In this document: positions 1-20,755 of the stretch, one piece after another
Layout: each line of letters opens with the position of its first letter
Numbering within the stretch: position 1 is the first letter of the stretch
DNA from: the human T2T-CHM13v2.0 reference genome, Homo sapiens
Assembly (NCBI RefSeq): GCF_009914755.1
Contig: NC_060941.1
Strand: one strand, 5' to 3'
Length of the DNA stretch: 64,000 nucleotides
The notes under the pieces: generated by a model
The model's input: the letters and a program-made list of their open reading frames with translations, nothing else
Databases searched by the model: none
Told to the model about the DNA's origin: nothing
Program-made: the position numbers and the translations under genes

Positions 1-353
1 ATATCATTGCAGCAAAATGATGAGTGCCATAATACAGGTATATGTGAAGTTCAGCAGAGAAACACGTTGGAAAAAATAATCTTTGACTCGAAGTATTGTT
101 TGAAGTTTTTGGGAGTTACCACGAGTGAGAAGGAGTTTGCCTAGCAAAGATAATTCTAAACAGAAACATTAGCATTTGCAAAGATGTGGGGTTAATGTTG
201 TGATTGTTAAAAAGAACATATAGTAAAAATGCAAAATTGGAAACATGTGGTCTGTATATTATTGCAACTTTAGTGTAATTCGTACCTCATTTGGGATAAA
301 TGTAGCATGTTTTATGTTAAGGGACCATATATCATAACACATTTTTGTTCTAA

Positions 354-482
<129 letters not shown>

Positions 483-1494
483 TAATGTTGATGAACAAGT
501 GAGGCTCCCACAATGTTCTGGAAATGTTTTCATTCTGAAGCAGAATATAATTATTTATATTGATTATTTCATTGCCTTTGTTTCTTTTTATTCTTACGGA
601 TGAAAAAACAAATTTGCAAACACTGAATTTTTGTCTGTTTTATAGAAAACAATAATTAAGGAACTATTCGGATAGATAGCTCAGTTAAACTTACTTATTT
701 GGCGAATATTTTCTGAGTGTCTACTCTTTGCCAGACACTGTTCTAGACATTAAGAAGGCAACAAAATCCCTGCCTTCACCATGGAGCTTAACTTTTAGTG
801 GAGGAAACAGACCACCACCCAAAAAATCAACTAATGTCACTTAGTGATGAGTGTTGTGAAGAAAAATAGAGAATAAATGGTTACTGTTTTAGAGAGATAT
901 CCTCTGGGAGGAGGTAGTATTTGAGAAGAGACTTAAATGGACTGGGCCCTACGTAAATCTTGGGGTTATGTGTTTATTAAAAATTAAGGAAGAGGAGCTG
1001 GTCATGGTGGTATGTACCTGTAGTTCCAGCTACATAGGAGGCTAAGGTGGGAGGATTGTTTGAGCCCAGGAGTTCAAGGCAGCAATGAGCTATGATCATG
1101 CCACTGTACTCTGGCCTGAGTGACAAAGTGAGATCCCATCTTTTTTTTTTTTTTTTTTTTTTAGAATAGTGTCTCACTCTATCACCCAGGCAGGAGTGCA
1201 GTGGCGCAATCTCTGCTCACTGCAACCCCTCTGCCACCTGGGTTTGAGCAAGTCTCCTGCTTCAGCCTCTGGAGTAGCTGGGACTACAGGTGCGTGCCAC
1301 CACGCCCAGCTAATTTTTTGTATTTTCAGTAGAGACGGGTTTCACCGTGTTAGCCAGAATGGTGTCGGTCTCCTCATCTCGTGATCCGCCTGCCTTGGCC
1401 TCCCAAAGTGCTGGGATTACAGGCGTGAGCCACCATGCCTAGGCGAGACCCCATCTTTTTTAAAAAAAGAAAGAAGGCCGGGCGCAGTGGCTCA

Positions 1495-1776
<282 letters not shown>

Positions 1777-2045
1777 TCATGTATAATGATTGTGTACCTC
1801 TGTGCATTTGGTACAGGATGGCAAGAAACACAGACTTATTAAATATTTCTGCAATTTCTGTTTGGAAACGAAATATTTTAGTGAAAATATCACCAGTGAA
1901 AGAATGTCTGGGAAGCAAATCCAGCATTTTTTCTTTTTGGGATTGGAGAAAGAAACCTATGCCGTCATTTCTTGTACCAGGCTGCGTGCTGGTAGTTAAC
2001 AGTTTATTGTCAGGTATAGGACAAAGAACCAGGGAAAGTAACTAG

Positions 2046-2354
<309 letters not shown>

Positions 2355-2755
2355 TGAGCCACCGTGCCCGGCCAGTGTCTTTTTAAAGTCAGAAATTTTA
2401 TTGTGGATCGAAGATTTAAATGGAAAACAATAGAACCATAAATGTACTAGAAAATAGTGGTCATGTCTGTGGGGGAAACAATTAGAATGAGGCGCATTGG
2501 ACTTCATCGATGCTGTTAATTGTTCTATTTTAGGCAGCATGGGGTATGTTCTATTTTCTTTTTTAATCACTGTACCTGACACATATGTTTACACATTTCT
2601 TGTAAGAAAAAGATAATGCTTTTATTTTAAAGAAAAAGTGCCAAGAAGAAACTGGGAGAATTTCCCCACAGCAGCTTATTTTGAAAATATTCACCCGGGC
2701 ATGGTGGCTCACGCCTGTAATCCCAGCACTTTGGGAGGCTGAGGCGGGCGGATCA

Positions 2756-3034
<279 letters not shown>

Positions 3035-3878
3035 TTAATATCCACATACCCTTCATCTAGATTGTATCTGTTGTTAACATTTTGCCACATTTGATTTATT
3101 TATGAGGCTATATTTTATTTTTGTGCTGAATAATTTGAAAGTTTGCTTTATTCCTCATTTATAAACTCTCTTGCATGTATCTCCTAAGAACGAAGACATT
3201 TTCTGATATAACCACCGTACCCTTATGAGGAAAATTAAAATACAAATACAATACTATCTCCCCAGTTGACCTCAATAATGTCCTTTATAATTTGTCCTGT
3301 CCCCACCCCGATTCCATAGCTAGATGTCATAGTTCTTCAGTCTCCTTCAATTTGGAATAGTCCCCCTAGCCTTTCTCCCTACCTTCTGTGACATTTTTCC
3401 CCCAGTATAGGCCTGTAGTTTTGCAGAATGTATCTCAATTAGGACTTCTGTGGTGATTTCCTCTTGATTAGCTTCAGGTTAAATATTTTTGGCAGGGATT
3501 CTAATGAGTGATGTGTTCTTTACGTACTACATCACAGACAAAAGGTAATATTAGGTTTGATCACTCAGTTAAGATGCTGTTCACAATATTTCTCCATTGT
3601 AACAGTACTTTTTTCCCTTTTATATAAATCAGCATATAATTCTTATGCTAATACATGAAGCTGAGTAAATATCCATTTTCTTCCCATAGCCTTTCACCCA
3701 ATAGTTTTAGCATTGATTGATTATTTTTGCTTGAATAAATTATTCCTTTGGCAGTTGGAAAATGGTAATTTTCTAACATTTCTTCCACATTTATTTGCAT
3801 TTTTATATAAAGAAGAGCATTCGTTCTCTGCTCCCACTGCTTCACTTGACTAACCCTAAAAAATATATATATATGTAT

Positions 3879-3909
<31 letters not shown>

Positions 3910-4265
3910 GGCAGGCATGGTGACTGATACCTGTAACCCTAACACTTTGGGAGTCCAAGGCGGGAAGACTATTTGAGCCCAGGAGTTTGAGACCAGTTTG
4001 GGCAACATAGCAAGACCTCGTTCCTAAAAAGAAAAAAAAAATTTTTTTAAAGTTACATGTAAATTTAAAAAGAAGAGCATTCCTTTCCCTAGCTTTGATA
4101 TTTTAAAATCAGTATGGATTAACAAATTCTATTTATTCAATTAGTTTTAATCTATTGATACTGTTATTTTAATGCTCAAATTGTCTCATATTTTGTCAGG
4201 AGGAGCCCTTCTAAGTAGGCTTCTGTGTCCTGTTTTGTTGCTGCTATTTTTTCCTGATTTTCTAG

Positions 4266-4489
<224 letters not shown>

Positions 4490-6297
4490 TAATTTTGTAT
4501 TTCTAGTAGAGACAAGGTTTCTCCCTGTTGGTCAGGCTGGTCTTGAACTCCCGACCTCAGGTGATCCTCCCACCTCAGCCTCCCAAACTGTTGGGATTAC
4601 GGGCATGAGCCACTGCGCCCCGGCCTACCTTCTTCTTTTCTTACCTCTGCTCTGAAGTTGTGATTTCTTCAAGGAGTCCTGATTCCTTATAGAAGAATAG
4701 TATTTTTAAGCCAAAATCTGCATGTTAGATGTGTAAAAATTGTTTTTAAAATCTCACAGAGGGCTGAGTGCAGTGGCTCACACTTGTAATCTTAGTACTT
4801 TGGAAGACCAAGGTGAGAGGATCTCTTGAGCCCAGGAGTCTGAGGCTGTAGTGAGCTATGATTGTGTCACTGCACTCTAGCCTGGGTGACACAGCGACTG
4901 TCAAAAAAAAAAACCAAAAAATCCAGTTAATTCCTTGAAATAATAACCAATATTCAAAAGCCTTATAGGAAAAGAATGCAAAGTTGAACAAAATAAAAAT
5001 CAAAAACTTCTTCAGAAAACAAAAAAGCCACCATAACCAAAGTCAAAAATGACAAGATGGGGAGAAATTATTTTCAACTTGTCTTTCAGGTAGATGTCTG
5101 TCATTCTTGAATGTAAACAGGTCATACTAATTTTAAAAGACCACTGCCCAATAGAAGAATGGGCAAAAGAAACAATAAGAAGTTTACCAAAATAGATACA
5201 TATGGTTCTTAAACAATTAAAACGACAAAACATCTGAATTAAAAGTACACTGAGATGCGTTTTTTCACTTATCAGATTGACAGAGACCAAAAAACTTGAT
5301 AAAGCACTTGATCAGGCTGTGGGGGAAAAGTCTCCACATACATTACAGATAGGAGGGTGCATTGGATTGTAGGTATCAAATGTACACCCACAAAATGGAA
5401 TAGTACGTATCTATGTAAAAGCATAAGGAAGCTCCTTTTTGATTTAGAAATATATGAATTTATTACCTCTTTGAGTAAATAAATTAGTTTTTAAAATAGT
5501 TGAATGGCTTTGCTGATGTACTATTGAAGTTGACTAAATTTAAGTAGTACAGCATAGAGAAAAGACAAAAATTCTTAAGTGTCAATCATTTGGTTTTAAG
5601 AGACTTTAGAGACAGACACCTGGATTCATTTGCTGGATCTGGCTATTTACGGTTTGATTTTAAGGCAAGTTATTTAACCTTTTCTTGCCTCAGTTTTCTC
5701 TTCTGGCAGTGGAGTAATTGTACATAGTTCATAGCATTGTTGGGAAGATTAAATGAACCATGTAAAATCTTTATAATAGTGCCTGGCACATAGTGAACAC
5801 TCAATAAATGTCAGCTGTTTTTACCTAATAGAATTTCTCTAAGAGTGATGAAGAGAAGCCAGTTTCTTGATATATACAGTTAATTACTGAGCATGGTTGA
5901 AGAATGGTGTTTAGAGTAGTAGTGGTTACTAGTGTTTAAAGTATGGAAAAAATAAGTTATACATAGACACATATGTACACACACCTTAAAACTATATTGT
6001 GTGAATATATTTGAATTATTTGATTCAATTAGTATTCCATGAAGTGTTTATTGAGCACCTATATGTGCCAGGTGCCCCCAGAATTCCGTAGTTACCAGAT
6101 TCGTCATTATAATAATCAGTTTACTGGTCAAGTATAAAAGTAAAGGATTCTAGTTCAAACAATTACAGTAGTTAAAGGTAACAGAATTCTTAGTGTTTCC
6201 CTAAGACAAGCATTGTTTGTAACACTATTATCCTATTTTTAAAAATATAAAGCCTGGGCTGGGCGCGGTGGTTCACGCCTGTAATCCCAGCACTTTA

Positions 6298-6576
<279 letters not shown>

Positions 6577-6807
6577 TTATATTTAATGTTGACAACGTAC
6601 CAGGTTTTGAGACCTCAGGCATATTATACTTTACATGTTTAGAGTTATATCTGAGTAGCTACAGTAATGAATTCCTAGTAATACAGTTTTTAGTGTACAT
6701 CATTAAAATTGCTTTCATCAGGACTGGAGTGTAGCTGTATTTTTAAAATCTTGTTGGGTATGTAAGCTAGTTTATAAATTTAATAAATGGTTTTAGTATA
6801 AATCTAA

Positions 6808-6993
<186 letters not shown>

Positions 6994-7101
6994 TAGAAGG
7001 TTGAGCACGTTATAGTTATGAACTCCCATTTTTGACTGATGTTTTCTTCCCCAAATGCTAATTCATGTTGGAAGTAGAGTCCTTTGTTTTTTATACTTTA
7101 A

Positions 7102-7320
<219 letters not shown>

Positions 7321-9383
7321 TAATTTTTTTTTATTTTCAGTAGAGACGGGGTTTGACCATGTTGGCCAGGCTAGTCTGGAACTCCTGACCTTGTGATCTG
7401 CCCACCTTGGCCTCCCAAAGCGCTGGGATTACAGGCATGAGCCACTGCACCCGGCCACACGGAAGGCATCATACTTTGAGAGCCAGACTGCCTGATTCAA
7501 ATGTCTGCTCCTAGCTATGTGGCGTTTGGCAAGTTACTTATCCATGTCTCAGTTTCTTCTCCTGTAACATGAGACATAGAATTGATGGATTAGATGAAAT
7601 AATAAAATATTTAGTACAGTGCCTGGCATACAATAAGTGCTCAATAAATGTTAACGGCTATTTTAAATTCTATTCATTGTAATGGCAGGTAATAAGGGAT
7701 GACTAGTAATACATTTATCAAGAAATCTGCAGAATTTAGATTAAGCGTACTTAAGATAACTCTTTTAAGAGATAAAGAGGAATCCATACATTTCTTAAAT
7801 AGGTAGATTCAAAACTGTAACGATGTCTTTTATTTCTAAATATGTTAGATCAGTGTTACCATCCAATGCAAAATCTCATAAGGATTTTTTTAAGCCTTAA
7901 AATTAGTTCCAAGTCAATCTAGAAGGATAAGTATTTAGTAATACTAAGGGAAATTTTAGAAAAATATTTTGAGAATTTTTACTTACCAGTTTTAGTATGA
8001 TATACGATATACAGTAGTACATACCATAAAGTTAAGAGAACTTAAACCCTATGGTATAAGCATAGGAATAGACAAGCATATCATTCAAGCATATCATTCA
8101 GGCATAGTCCTGAAATAGTTTGATGTATATTTGAAATTTAGTTCATGATAAAGGTGGTGGTATAGCTATGTGAGAAAGAGAAACTGTTCATTAATTGTGA
8201 CAACTCTTCTCCAGTCATCTGGAAATAATCTTAGACCTAATACATTCTGCAAGGCTCATAAACATGTAAAAATGAACATTCATAAGCATGGAAAAAAAAT
8301 AGGTGAATGTTAATATACTGCAGTGAGGAAGACCTTTCTAAGGATGATTGAAAAGTAAGAAAGCATAAAGTAAAAATTGTCGGGTTAAAATTAGTCATTT
8401 TTATACTGCAAAATATCTAAAGTTACAAACAAATTATGGAATGGGGGAAGTATCTGTAACACAAAATGCTAATATGAATACATAATATTGTGAATTATAA
8501 AACAAGAAAAAGATACGCAGTCTAATAAGAAATATGTGTCAAGGACTCTCACGCAGTTCTTAAAAAAACAAATATAGATGGCCAGCAGACTTTTAAAGCA
8601 GTACTCAACCTTATTAGTACTCAAAGGCATGCAAATGCAGAGATACTTTTGAGAGTTCGACAAAGATTAAAAGTTTGACAGTTTCTAGTGTTTTAGGGAC
8701 GTGAGGACACATATACTCTCAAATAATATTTTGATGTAACAGTAAGTTGGGGCCGGGCTCAGTGGCTCATGCCTGTAATCCCAGCACTTTGGGAAGCCAA
8801 GGCGGGTGGATCACCTGAGGTTATGAATTTGACACCAGCCTGGCCAACATGTCAAACCACATCTCTACCAAAAACACAAAAATTAGCCAGGCATGGTGGC
8901 AGGTGCTTGTAGTCCCAGCTACTTGGGTACTTGGGAGGTTTAGGAGTATTACTTGAACCTGGGAGGCAGAGGTTTCAGTGAGCTGAGATTTTGCCACTTC
9001 ACTTTATCCGGGGAAACAGAGCAAGACTCTGTCTCAAAAAAAAAAAAAAAAAAAAAAAGGTTGATACAGTCTTACTATAGGGCAGACTGGCAATATATAT
9101 AAAGTTAAAATTGTATATATAGTCTTTAACAATTCAAATTTTATATTTTTGTCACAGTGTAGTAACTTGTTAACAAAAGATGTAGGTAACAGGTTTTCTC
9201 AGCATTTTTTAAATAATGAAACATTAGAAACATGTTAAATCTAAAAAGCTATTAAAAAGGATGATAGTTTACAAGATTTCCATATTAAATTTTTACATAA
9301 CTGTATACATATATATATATATATTTTCCCTGTTTCTAAAATTTATAATAGTGGTTAACTCCAGGTGATGAGATTTCAAATAA

Positions 9384-9818
<435 letters not shown>

Positions 9819-9864
9819 TGAGCGACCGTGCCCGGCCTGGCCTTTTTTTGTTTGTTTCTGTTGA

Positions 9865-9969
<105 letters not shown>

Positions 9970-10381
9970 TGAATAGTTGAGATTACTGGCATGCGCCACC
10001 AGGCCTGGGGGTTTCACCATGTTGTCTTGGCTGGTCTCAAACTCCTGACCTAAGGTTTTCCACCCACTTCGGCATCCCAAAGTGCTGGGATTACAGGTGT
10101 GAGCTACTGTGCCCGGCCTATCTGGAAGCTCTTAACCCTGTAAAATGGGCATCCTTTTAAGTCAGAGCATATAGATTTACTTCTTTTTAAAAGTTCTGAG
10201 ATTTTTTGTTTTGTTTTGTTTTGTTTGGGTTCCTTAATTGACTAAACCAGTGCTGGTCTAATAGATAATTGGGTTATTTGATTTTTTTTAATCTTGTCAA
10301 AAATGTTAATAGTGATTATACTTGAACCTGTATCAAGTATTTTATAAGATAAATTCCTGTGGACTGCTGTGTCCAAACTAG

Positions 10382-10734
<353 letters not shown>

Positions 10735-11524
10735 TAAATAGTTTTAAGAGGATTACTTTGTAATAATGATATAGAAGGAGTTTAGGCCTCTGTGGCAGTA
10801 AAATAAATTGAAGCTCATTGAAGACTACTTGATCTCTCCTATATTTGAATAGGAAAGTAAAAATCAGAAGCAAGTAGAACAACTGAGATACTCTAGTAGT
10901 AAGGCAATACTGATCTATAACAAAGGTTTTTTTGTTTTTTTGTTTTTTTGTGATCCTTGAAGGACAAGGAAGAAATGATAAACATTTTAAAAAGGACTTG
11001 GTAATTGCATGAGAAACGAAAGGATAGGAGTCAAATATAATTCCAAAATTTTTAGCTTAGGGTCACTAGTAGAATGATAATGACAAGAACAAAAATAACG
11101 TGAGAAGGAAAGTGTTTTAGAAGAAAAGATACTGGATACACTTCTAAACATGTTTTAGTTCAAGGTGACATTGAGATCAACTGGCAGTGTCCAAGAGGCA
11201 ATTGGAGATACGAGTTTACAGTTCAAGTGTAAGGATAAGAATGCAGAACCAATTTGGGATCATCAGCTTAATAGGTAAATTCTTGAGGATGGTTGAGTGA
11301 TTCGGTCAGATGGCTAAAAGTTAGCTATTTTCAATAGCTCAGTGTTGTAAAATCAAAGAAGGGAAGCACTGGCAGTCATTGTCAGTGAAACTGAGAGAAG
11401 TCAAAGAAAATTACTAATTGAAAAGCTGTTCAATTTACAAAAAAAAAAGTAATTGGTCACCTAAGAGCAAAGGTTGCATGCTGGTGGGCTTTGGGTACCA
11501 CAATTTTATTTTTAAGACATTTCA

Positions 11525-11665
<141 letters not shown>

Positions 11666-12196
11666 TTAGCTGGGCGTGACGGCAGGTGCCTGTAATCCCA
11701 GCTACTTGGGAGGCTGAGACAGGAGAATTGCTTGAACCTGGGAGGGGGAGGTTGCAGTGAGCTGAGACCATGCCAGTTGCACACTAGCCTGGGCGACAAG
11801 AGTGAAACTCCATCTCAAAAAAAAAAAAAGACATTTGAACTGGTTAGCAACAACCTAAATGGGAAATTTTCCCATGATAACTTTGATTTCTGACCTATTT
11901 GGAAAAATCTGAAAATCTGTCTGTGTTGGACGAGTGTTTTCACATGGCAACAATTCACCTGTTGCTGATCAGTGGTCGCCTCTTTTAGACAGCCTGTGCT
12001 CTCCAGTTCAAGTTCTACAGTGTCTGGTCCATACTTTTACTTTGTTTGCCTAGCCGTCTCAGTCAGCATTTGGATTTTCAAGACAAATCTATTAAGGCAA
12101 ATCCACATTGACTTATAATGAATTTTTTTTAATTTCTACAATTTATTTGAATTCATTATCTGAGTCTCCAGTCTTTGCATGTTTTTTATTTTTTAG

Positions 12197-12397
<201 letters not shown>

Positions 12398-12443
12398 TAA
12401 TAAAATAATGGTTTGCAGAGTTAGGTCTTGTGCTTTAGATTAA

Positions 12444-12782
<339 letters not shown>

Positions 12783-13859
12783 TAAAAATACAAAAAAATT
12801 TAGCCAGGTGTGGTGGCGGGCACCTGTAGTCCCAGCTACTTGGGAGGCTGAGGCATGAGAATGGCGTGAACCCAGAAGGTGGAGGTTGCAGCCGAGATTG
12901 CACCACTGCACTCCAGCCTGGGAGACAGAGCAATACTCCATCTCAAAAAAAATAAATAAAAGTAAGTCAATAAATTAAAAAAGTAGAGACGAGGTTTCAC
13001 CATGTTAGCCAGGATGGTCTCCATCTTCTGACCTCATGATCTGCCCGCCTCAGTCTCTCAAAGTGCTGGGATTACAGGTGAGAGCCACCTCTGCTGGCCT
13101 CTATGTGATTAGCCTTTCAGAATATTATCTGGCTTATTGGGTAGGTTATGAATCATGGTAAATTAAGGTTCTCCTATATTAAGTGTAAAGTCTTGTGTTG
13201 AAGTAGTAGTAAAAATTCTTTATCCAGAACCTTTGTGCCAAGTGTGCCTAGAAATTTGAATTGAAAAAAAAAATTGAAGCGTGATATGGTACATAGTATA
13301 GATATCATATATAACATCTTGAAGTGGGGTCCTCATGGTAAGTTAGAGCAAGTTTTTCCACTAAACAAATTTGCCAGAAACTTACAAGAAAACTATTGGT
13401 TTTCAGATTAGCTTTTAAGATTTTGGAATCACAACTACAAAGAGCTTTGGAACTAAGTTGTTTTTTTTTGTTTTTTTTGTTTTTTTGTTTTTTGAGACGA
13501 AGTCTCACTCTGTTGCCCAGACTGGAGTGCAGTGGCTTAATCTCGGCTCACTGCACGCTCTGCCTCCCTGGTTCATGCCATTCTCCTGCCTCAGCCTCCT
13601 GAGTAGCTGGCATTACAGGCGCCTGCCACCACGACCAGCTAATTTTTTTTTTTTTTTTTGTATTTTTAGTAGAGACGGGGTTTCACCTTGTTAGCCAGGA
13701 TGGTCTCGATCTCCTGACCTTGTGATCCGCCCGCCTTGGCCTCCCAAAGTGCTGGGATTACAGGCACGAGCCACTGTGCCCAGCCCAGGAACTATGTTTT
13801 TTATAACTCACATATAAGTTTTTCTGTTTGTTTGTTTTGTTTGTTGTTTTCTTTTTTGA

Positions 13860-14030
<171 letters not shown>

Positions 14031-14398
14031 TAGTAGAGATGGGGTTTCACCGTGTTAGCCAGGATAGTCTCAATCTCCTGACCTCATGGTCTGCCTGCCT
14101 CGGCCTCCCAAAGTGCTGAGATTACAGGCGTGACCCACCAGGCCCAGACTAACTTTTTTTGTATTTTTAGTAGAGATGGGGTTTCACCGTGTTAGCCAGG
14201 ATGGTCTGGACCTCCTGACGTCGTGCTCTGCTCACCTGGGCCTCCCAAAGTGCTGAGAATTACAGGTGTGAGCCACCGCGCCCAGGCTGCAGTGCGGTGA
14301 CGTGATCTCGGCTCAGCACAACCTCCGCCTCCCGGTTTGAAGCAATTCTCCTGCCTCAGCCTCCCGAGTAGCTGACATTACAGGCACACAACCACTAG

Positions 14399-14587
<189 letters not shown>

Positions 14588-15482
14588 TGAGTTTAAGGCC
14601 CAAGTTGCAGTGTTCTATCATTTTTATTTTACTTTTTTTTTTGAGACAGGGTTTCTCTCTCTCACCCTGGCTGGAGTGCAGTGGTGCCATCTCAGCTCAC
14701 TGAAACCACCGCCTCCCAGGCTCAAGCGATCCTCCCACCTTAGCCCTCCATATAGATGGGACTACAGGCTCGTGCCACCACGCCCTGTTAATTTTTGTAT
14801 TTTTCGGTAGAGATGGGATTTTGCCATCACCCATGCTGGTCTCAAACTCCTGAGCTCAAGCAATCTACCTACCTTAGCATCCCAAAGTACTGGGACTACA
14901 GGCTTGAGCCATTGCGCCTGGCCAAGTTCTGTCATTTTTGTGTCTGTCCAGTAGGTACATTGTCCTTGACCTGAGAGAGCACTCATGTGTCTTTATCTGC
15001 CTGTTTAAAGAAGGCAGAAGGCGTAAGTTGTCCTCCTTGACCACTCATGTACACTCATTGTGTGCAGGTGACAGTAATGGTCAGATTAAAGAGATATAAG
15101 AAATGGGGCCGGGCGCAGTGGCTGACATCTGTAATTCCAGCACTTTGGGAGACCAGGGTGGGTGGATTGCTTGAAGCCCAGGAGTTCAAGACCAGCCTGG
15201 GCAACATAGTGACACCCTGTCGCTTATAAAAAATAAAAAATATAAATAAAATAAGAAATGGCTTGTGTCAGGGGAAAGGTTTTGCAAGTAAACTGTAGTA
15301 TGGGCACTTCTCAGAATACTCAGAAACCAGTGAAATAGGTAAAAGGTTGCATCAAAACTAAGAAAAAGTTCTATACAAATTATACCTAATTGTTAATTAT
15401 GTAAGGAAATATAAATACCTTTTTTTCTTATATCTGAAAGGAAATATACCAGAATCATTTGTCACTATCTTTTTAGATTTGA

Positions 15483-15792
<310 letters not shown>

Positions 15793-15967
15793 TAATAAGT
15801 ATAACTTACTTTCTGATAAACCAACACTTAGTGCCTGCTCACACCTGGGATCTGAGAATACAAACACCAATTAAAACCACACTCTGGGCTGGGCACGGTG
15901 ACTCATATCTGTAATCCTAGCAATTTTGGAGGCCGAGATGAGCAGATTGCCTGAACTCAGGAGTTCA

Positions 15968-16141
<174 letters not shown>

Positions 16142-16308
16142 CTAGTCACCAAAGTGAATCTGTCTCAACAACAACAAAAAAACACATTCTGACCTCAGAG
16201 TGCTTAAAACAGCATGGTAATGACATATAATTACTTGGAGTTACTTTTATAATTGTTTAGGACATAGGAGGTGGTTTTTTGTTTTTGTTTCTGTTTTCCT
16301 TTTTTTGA

Positions 16309-16467
<159 letters not shown>

Positions 16468-17102
16468 TAGTAGAGATGGGGTTTCACTGTGTTAGCCAGG
16501 ATGGTCTTGATCTCCTGACCTCGTGATCCACCCGCCTCGGCCTCCCAAAGCACTGGGATTACAGGTGTGAGCCACCGCGCCCGGCCCTGTTTTTGTTTTT
16601 TGAGACGGAGTTTTGCTCTTGTCATCCAGGCGGAAGTGCAGTGGTGTGGTCTTGGCTCACTGCAACCTCCGCCTCCCGGGTTCAAGCAATTCTGCTTCCG
16701 CCTCCTGAGTAGCTGGGATTGCAGGTGCCCGCCACCACGCCCTGCTAATTTTTTATATTTTTAATTAGAGATGGGGTTTTGCCACGTTGGGCAGGCTGGT
16801 CTCTAACTCCTGACATCGTAATCCTCCTGCCTTGGCCTCCCAATGTGCTGGGATTACAGGCGTGAGCCACCGCGCCCGGCCAGAGGTGCTTTTTAAGGAA
16901 AAAAATAAGTCCTGCCAATAGACCTTAACATCAGATTAGGGATGCTGAATTATGGGTATTTTTCCTGCGATCATCAGTTGAGGGAGATAACAGAAATATA
17001 TTTAAATACCACAAGTAGAATTCTGTGAAACCTTTAATATTTAATAGTTTTTGTGAGGTATGTTATTTTGCTTTTCAAAAGCAATGTTTTTATTGAATAT
17101 AA

Positions 17103-17231
<129 letters not shown>

Positions 17232-17741
17232 TAAAGTAATTATGAAATGTATTTGTTTTTTGTATGTCAAACATGAAAATTTTTTGTTCATTTTTATTTT
17301 ATTTATTTATTTATTTGAGACAGGATCTCACTTTTTTGCCCAGGCTGGAGTGCAGTGGTGCAGTCTTGGCTCACTGCAACCTCTGCCTCCTGGGTTCAAC
17401 CTGATTCTCACGCCTCAGCCTCACGAGTAACTAATTACAAGCACATGCCACCACTCCTGGCTAATTTTTGTAGTTTTTGTGGAGACGAGGTTTTACCATG
17501 TTGCCCAGGCTTGTCTTGAGCTCCAAGCGATACATTTGACAGTGTCTGCCTTGGCCTCCCAAAATGCTGGGATTAACAGGCGTGAGTGACCTCGCGTCAC
17601 TGGGCATATTTAATTAAAGAGAATATCTCTAATTTGATTTTCCGCTTAAATTTTTTAAACTATTTTTAGAAGTGATATTTAAACAAAATATCTTGTTATG
17701 CGTAAATTGGAGATTTGCTTTTTTTTTTTAATTGTTTTTAG

Positions 17742-17918
<177 letters not shown>

Positions 17919-18410
17919 TAAGAAATCTCTTGTACCCCATAAATATATACATCTATGTACCCACAAAAATTTTTTAAATTAAAAAAGGGAAAAAATATGC
18001 ATTAAGTACAAGATAGCATGACTTTCAAAAATTGTACTTTGTATAAAAAACAAATTTCTGTATTTGATAGATTGCCGTATATATGGATTACAGTGAATGA
18101 TTCAGAGTTGACATATATTTGGAATTATAATTAATGTTTGTGTAGTGTCTCTAATTGACTCACAAAATCCTCAACCAACTCTTTGAATTAAATGATAATT
18201 TTCTTATTCTTGCTCAACCAAGAAATAATTTGTACAAAGTCACCAAGCAATAAATGACATAGTTAAGATTTTAACACATTTTGTTGACCCCAGGTCTTCT
18301 GACTGCCTGTTTACCATGCTGGTGTGCCTGGCCTATTTTAGTTTTCTAAATATTAAGAGCCCACAAATTCTTTAATTAAATTGGAGGGATATTTAGGATA
18401 GGATACTTAA

Positions 18411-18599
<189 letters not shown>

Positions 18600-19339
18600 T
18601 AGGTAAAAAGGGCATATAAGAAAAGTTTAAGCTCTGATTTTTACTGATGTTGGAGGAACAAAGGAGCCAGATGAAGCTACTAGTTCGTTAGGTGGAAATT
18701 ATTATTTTTCAGTATTAGGTGTCTATGGGGTTGTTAACTACTTTATAACACTTGATAGCTCCTATTTCTACAGAGAAGTTTTCTCACTTTTCCTTTGAAC
18801 TTTATACTTAAGTTTTAATGATGTTAATGTCACTACTGCTGCAGTGGTTTGGGATTAAAGAATTCTGTCAGAAGTTTCTGGATAATTGGTTGAACCTGGG
18901 AGGTCGAGGTTGCAGTGAGCCGAGGTTGTGCCATTGCACTCCGGCCTGGGCAACAAGAGCAAAACTTCGTCTCAAATAATAATAATAGTAATAAAAAAAT
19001 TACAAAGAGGGAATTTTTAATCTTAGTAAAACTGAAAAAATTTTTAAGGCAGGTGTATGCATATGTAACCAGTGTTAACGGCTTTTCTGCTTTGTGAATA
19101 TACATGAGTTAGAATACACAGTTTTGACATGTAGGATTTTATATGCATATTCCTATCTGAATGTGCCCTAACTAGCACTTCATTTCTTTTTCCTCCTTTT
19201 TAACTGTAACTTTTCACACCCAGAAAGACAGTTTGTGTTTGAATTAATATGTAATAGGTTTGATTTACATTATGTACCAAAAGAAAATAACTAGTGGGGG
19301 TGTGCCTCTAATACTATTGTTTTATGGTTAGTTTTATAA

Positions 19340-19705
<366 letters not shown>

Positions 19706-19980
19706 TGAACTAGACTTTTATTGTAAAGGAACTTTTTTTAAAAAAAAAAAAAGGAATCCGGAAATGTACAGGTTTTAAAATTATGTCACTTTAAAAGTTA
19801 ACCAAGTTAGGCTGGTGGCGGTCGCTCACACCTGTAATCCTAGCACTTTGCGAGGCAGGCGCATTGCCTGAGTTCAGGAGTTCAAGACCAGTCTGGACAG
19901 CATGGTGAAACCCGGTCTCTACTAAAAATACAAAAAATTAGCCAGGCATGGTGGCATGCACTTGTAGTCCCAGCTATTCA

Positions 19981-20157
<177 letters not shown>

Positions 20158-20635
20158 TCATTTCTATATTTATAGGTAATCGTAATTTAGGCTTTCCCTT
20201 TTTAAATGACGGCAGGTGTGCTGGCTCACACCTGTAATCCCAACACTTTGGTAGGGCGAGTTGGGCTGATCACCTGAGGTCAGGAGTTTGAGACCAGCCT
20301 GGCCAACATGGCAAAACCCCATCTCTACTAAAAGAAAATACAAGAGTTAGCTGGGCATGGTAGAGCGTGCTTGTGATCCCAGCTACTCGGGAGGCTGAGA
20401 CAGGAGAATTGCTTGAACCCGGGAGGTCAAGGTTTCAGTGAACTGAGATCGTGCCACTGTACTTCAGCCTGGGCGATAGAGCAAGACTCTGTCTCTAACT
20501 AAATAAATAAATTAAATTAAATGACTACTTAAATAGAAGTTAATTTTAAGAAATGTTGCCACTTTGCTGTATAAATATGTTGTATTTTTAGTTCCAAAAC
20601 ATTCTGTTTTTGACATTCTCACAAGTTTTTCTTAA

Positions 20636-20755
<120 letters not shown>
